DNA of 64,000 bases from Rhynchopus sp. YZ270_cl-10. Taxonomy: Eukaryota. The stretch is taken from positions 1,736,001 through 1,800,000 of the forward strand of contig OZ037835.1 in NCBI GenBank assembly GCA_964035575.1. The letters run 5' to 3'. Shown one piece after another: positions 59,638 to 64,000 of this stretch. Position 1 is the first letter of the stretch. Each line of letters begins with the position of its first letter. A program made the translations under genes and the position numbers. Below the pieces are notes generated by a model. That model searched no databases. It was given only the letters and a program-made list of their open reading frames with translations, and was not told the origin of the DNA.

Positions 59638-59745
59638 TCCACAGGAAATCAGGTCTCCGAAGTTGCCGTGCACATCGCCGATCACCCAGCAGTCGCTCTC
59701 GACATCGACCAGCGGGCATGTGTCCTGGAGGAGCGTGTGCAGCGT
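59638..59745 (-). other. Isolated exon or pseudogene fragment of a PPP-family Ser/Thr phosphatase
   Basis: Manual translation of the minus strand: LLQDTCPLVDVESDCWVIGDVHGNFGDL (GDxHG motif at 59665-59679). Confidence 0.65.
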
Positions 59746-60538
59746 AACTCTGGAGAACCTTTGAGGTTGTCAACTTCACCAATACTTTTGATATAAGAAG
59801 CAGTTGGCGACCCGCCTTTTTACGTCCACACGACACAAATGGAAAGAGCTCGAAACTCGATGAACGTTGCTACTCCGTAACAAAATTTGGAACAGTTTTT
59901 TTTTTGTTTTCCCGTCCAGAGAAAGAAGTTTTCAAAAAAAGGGGGGAAAAACCCCCTTTTCAATATAACGAAAAGAGAGGCTCTCTATTGTTCAGCAAGA
60001 ATTAGATGACCTTTTTTTCTTCGCCTTTTTATTCGATTTTTTCTTTCTCCAAAATATGAGTGTGCATTCATATGTCCGAATGCGCATTTTTGTTTTTTAT
60101 TACTATCACAAGAGGTCTTTGTATCTCAAGCCACATTTTTTTTTCTTTTTCAAGTTGTAGTTTTGCTTCCTACGGTTTTGAGATGTTTTGCACTAACAAG
60201 CAAAAACGATCATTCCTGCACGAGACATCTTTATTTCATATGTTATATGCAACACGAAGCATGCTCAACTTACAACTTTTCCCTTTTTTTTCCCCTTCAT
60301 TCATGAAATACTTCAGTCATACGAAAGCCACGGTGCACCCTCATGTTATCTTTCCACTTTTTTGCCTTTTTTTTTTTGCTTTTTTTTCCCCCCTGAAAAA
60401 GGTGAGAAAAGCTGCCTGGGCACAGTTTGCCTCCGTGTACATTCCAGACAGGAAGGGGTAGGTTCAAAGCATCTGAAGACTTTTTTTAAGACAAAAACAC
60501 AGCAACTTTCGGAAATAACGAATAGGAAAAGTTGCAGT

Positions 60539-61449
60539 CAGGGGTCCTAAGAGTGGTAACTTTTACCACTTCTGAAGTGACCTTTTTTATTTTTTTGAAA
60601 TCCGAAGGTCACTTCGAAGTGACCTTCGAAAAGTGCCCTAAAAAGTGACCTTTTTATTTTTATTTTTTGAAATCCGGTGTCACGAAGTGACCTCGGATGC
60701 TTAACATACACCGGGAACACGTTGGAGGGTCCGGGAATTTTTTTTCTTTTTTGCCAAGATCAGGAGTCTGCAGGGCTGCAGGTTGCCACAATTTTAAGCG
60801 CATTTTTTTGAAATGTTGCGTACCGTGGCTTCGCCAGAAACTTTCGTTTTAGAAAAATACGTAAGTAATTTACGGAAACTGACGATAATTACCAACGACA
60901 GTGCCATTTTATGTCAACATTTTTTAGAAATGTTGCGTACCGTGGCTTCGCCAGAAACTTTCGTTTTAGCAAAATACGTAAGTAATTTACGGAAACTGAC
61001 GATAATTACCAACGACAGTGCCATTTTATGTCAACATTTTTTAGAAATGTTGCGTACCGTGGCTTCGCCAGGAACCTTTGGGTGACATGACCGCCGTTTC
61101 TTTTATTAATGTACTGAGGTTACTGATAAGAAGGCTGACACCCACTAAACATCTGCCAAAACATCTGCCTATGGCTGTGTTGTGTTGTTCGTGGTAAGAA
61201 GCATAACGGTGGCATCAGACTGCGACACCGCGAAATTGCCTCACAAAAAAAAAAATCGTATCTAGTACTCTGTCCCTATGATACGGCGATAACCAACGTC
61301 CGGTGTATGTCCGAGGAATTTGCACCTTTTCGACCTCACTTTTGTTGTTCCTCTGAGGGGGGAAAGTTTTTTTTTCCCTCCCCAAAAAACGAGAAGTGAC
61401 CTTGAAGTTACCATTTTTAATTTTTTTGAGAACAGCGTTAGGACCCCTG
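60539..61449. mobile_element. hAT-type non-autonomous element (12-bp TIR, 8-bp TSD GTTGCAGT) with GAAGTGACC subterminal repeats and an internal 117-bp tandem repeat
   Basis: CAGGGGTCCTAA / TTAGGACCCCTG; GTTGCAGT at 60531-60538 and 61450-61457; tandem units ~60800-61070. Confidence 0.85.
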
Positions 61450-62458
61450 GTTGCAGTGCATTTTTTTTTTTTTTTTCACTGTAACCTACCATGGTAGGCG
61501 TGACGCTGACTACACGGTAGCATTTTTTCAAAAAATCAAAAAAAAGAAAAAAGAAACCATGGTGTGATTCAGGGGGTACGGACAACCCACGGACAATCCA
61601 CGGAAGAACCACGAGGGAACCACGGAGAACTGTTTCGGGCTATATTAAGATTTGCGGAGCACCTTCGGGAGAACCACGGGGGAACCACGGAGAATCCGTT
61701 TGGGTGATCACACCAACCCTGGTGTTTCGTGAGCCCAGGGTGTCAGCCCAGAGTCGATAAACTCTCACACATCTTGGGGCGAAGTGTGCAAGCTGTGTCC
61801 CCCATCCGTAGTTTTTGTTTTATTCATAAAAGCTGCTCTGAAGGGTGGACGAATGACGTCGATACCTTCCGTAGTAAAAAAAGGCTTCGGCCAACATTGA
61901 GTACAGATGTTATTAGCCCCAAGTGGAATTCTTAGACACAATGTAAAAAAATAGAAAACGACTTCAGGATATGACAGTTAAATGAAATAAAGAAAACACT
62001 TTTTCGTTTATCGCACCGCAAAAGGTTTGTGTTTTTCACTGATGAATGTGAGTGATGTTAGTGGAAAAACAATACGCTAAAGCGGGCACGCACCATCCGT
62101 CGTTTTCCATTTCTATTCGTCAATGCTTGATAACACAAAAAAAAAATTAGAGCGAAGACGTGCCCATCAGGCAGCCTCGCTAATCTAACAAATTATCGGG
62201 GGGGAAAAAAACAAATAAAAAAGGTACAAAAGCTGCCAAACACATAATTTACGCTCATCTCTTTTCTTGATATGGTATGTTATCTTTCCAGCATCTTCTT
62301 TTTCTAGAAAGGACTTTAGGTTGCCTATAACCAAAACACAATTTTTTTTTTTAGCAAAGGTGCCCTGCATTTTCATCTCCCCGTCTGAAATGCTTTCTTT
62401 CTTCAAGGTTTTTTTTAAAAAAAATTAAGCTGACTAAGGCTCAGGGTCATCTTATATA

Positions 62459-62594
62459 CAGTAAGACAACAAACATCGGTGGGGTAAAAACCCTCCTTAG
62501 AATTTTGAAATCCCAAAATCCACCTTAGTTTTTACCCCTCCGGTGTTTTTACCCCACCAAAATTTTTACCCCACCGGTGTTTGTTGTCTTACTG
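62459..62594. mobile_element. Tc1/mariner-type MITE (CAGT...ACTG, TA TSD)
   Basis: CAGTAAGACAACAAACATCGGTGGGGTAAAAA / TTTTTACCCCACCGGTGTTTGTTGTCTTACTG; a related left end occurs near 63553. Confidence 0.85.
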
Positions 62595-62931
62595 TAAACT
62601 TTTCTATCTACTTGCTCGACGATGTGACCAGAACAGTTGTGCCATGAAAAGGGACGTCTGTCTATTCCCAGCGAAAGAGACATTGCAAAAAGCTTTTTTT
62701 TGGGTCACTACATTGCCACCAAGCCTTTTGCACTAGATTAGTCATTCGATGGGTGAACAGCCTCTGCTTTCCATCTACCCCACCCCGCTCTCTCTTCTCT
62801 CTCTCTCTCTCTCTCTCTCTCGGTCACGCCACCCCCTCCTGTCTGGGTGCAAATACGTTACCAACACTCTATCAATGAATACGTATTTTACGTATACCGT
62901 CATCGTAAAAAAAATTATCGACCGTAAAAAA

Positions 62932-63068
62932 CACGGGTTGCCTACGATCATAGTACGATATCTTTACGATTGTAGCTCTTTTTTTTTGATTGCGCTACTG
63001 GATCGTAGTTGATCGTAGTACGATATTTTACGATCGTTTTTTTTTGGTACGATCGTAGGCAACCCCTG
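62932..63068. mobile_element. 137-bp MITE of the element D family, 6-bp TSD AAAAAA
   Basis: CACGGGTTGCCTACGATC / GATCGTAGGCAACCCCTG. Confidence 0.8.
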
Positions 63069-64000
63069 AAAAAAGGTAGAACTTCCAGAAAAATCCTAAA
63101 AAGGTCGAACATTATTACGGTCGATTTTTATGATTACGGTAATACATATGAGTGGTACGTAGCAGTTTTTTTTATTTTCGTATTGTGCGTATTTTTCGAG
63201 ATACGTGGGGTAGTTATGTATTTGCCACAGCCCTGAGGTCCCCCCTTTCCCCTCCCCTCACCCCATCCACGACGGTGAAGTAAAATGACTTGATGTGTGG
63301 TTTTTACTTCACCGTCGTGTAGCCCCCCCTCGTGCTCCTTGTCTCCTTATATTTTTACGCAAAAGCTCCCCTCTGCACCTTCGGTCCCACACCAAGGTAT
63401 CCTGTCAGAGAAATTTTCAAAGTGTTTATTCTTATCAGACTCAGACAGAAACTTACTATCAAAAATAACGCACACAATACCCCCACCCCTTTCCTCCGCC
63501 CCATAATTTTTTTTTGCTTTTCTTGCATGCAGTACTAGAAAACCGGAATAATACAGTAACACAACAAACACCGGATGGGGTAAAACCTAATTAACTACGA
63601 CGTTGCGATGAAAGCAAAGCCGCAGTTTGAAGCACTGCGAAAGAAGTACTGCCTGCGCAATCCTACAGTCTGAGTATCACTGCAGCGACCTCCGCAAAGT
63701 CTGGGACCGGGTCTGTGACCTGCCCATTATATGGTGTAAACCCCCCATCCGTATACTATTTACATACGCATATTATTAACTACCGTAATCGTAAAAATTG
63801 TGGACCGTAAAAATGTTCCAGTTTGCCAAAAAACCCCAAAAAGTTCCAGAATTTTTACGGTCCAACATTTTTTGGGGGGGTTTTTTTGTGTTAGCAGTTT
63901 TTGGTTTTTTGGTTTTTTTTTTCCCCCTTTTCCACCAAGCTTTTTCCCAGATCGTGATCATGATCTGGTTTTCAGGAATTTTGGAAAAAAAAAAAAAAAA

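Noticed and set aside
60800..61070. CRISPR-like appearance of a repeated 30-bp motif
   Set aside because: The intervening sequences are nearly identical, so this is a 117-bp tandem repeat; no cas genes and a eukaryotic context
49300..64000. Numerous short ORFs (60-190 aa)
   Set aside because: AT-rich, homopolymer-laden repeat DNA without recognisable motifs, apart from the phosphatase fragment

Overview
Eukaryotic, repeat-rich genomic DNA, most consistent with a euglenozoan protist (probably a diplonemid; this is inference). All intact host genes lie on the + strand, each with a pyrimidine-rich tract and AG just upstream of the ATG, and GT-AG cis-introns also occur. Host genes: a peroxisomal enoyl-CoA hydratase/3-hydroxyacyl-CoA dehydrogenase (2 exons, PTS1 -ARL); an NLR-like protein with ankyrin + ADP-ribosyltransferase + NACHT + pentapeptide + 14xWD40 domains; two paralogous receptor-type adenylate-cyclase-like proteins with divergent ectodomains; a vWA protein; and a 2660-aa Cys-repeat/mucin/beta-propeller surface protein. 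Between the cyclase paralogs lies a nest of TIR DNA elements. One is a 6.4-kb two-gene transposon (DDE+SAP transposase-like gene and a SWIM-like gene, 5-bp TSD) carrying an inverted, internally deleted copy of its own transposase. Several GTAC-core microsatellite arrays lie in the same nest. The rest holds many MITEs with recognisable TSDs, non-LTR retrotransposon remnants and shuffled gene fragments. No rRNA, tRNA or CRISPR array was seen.
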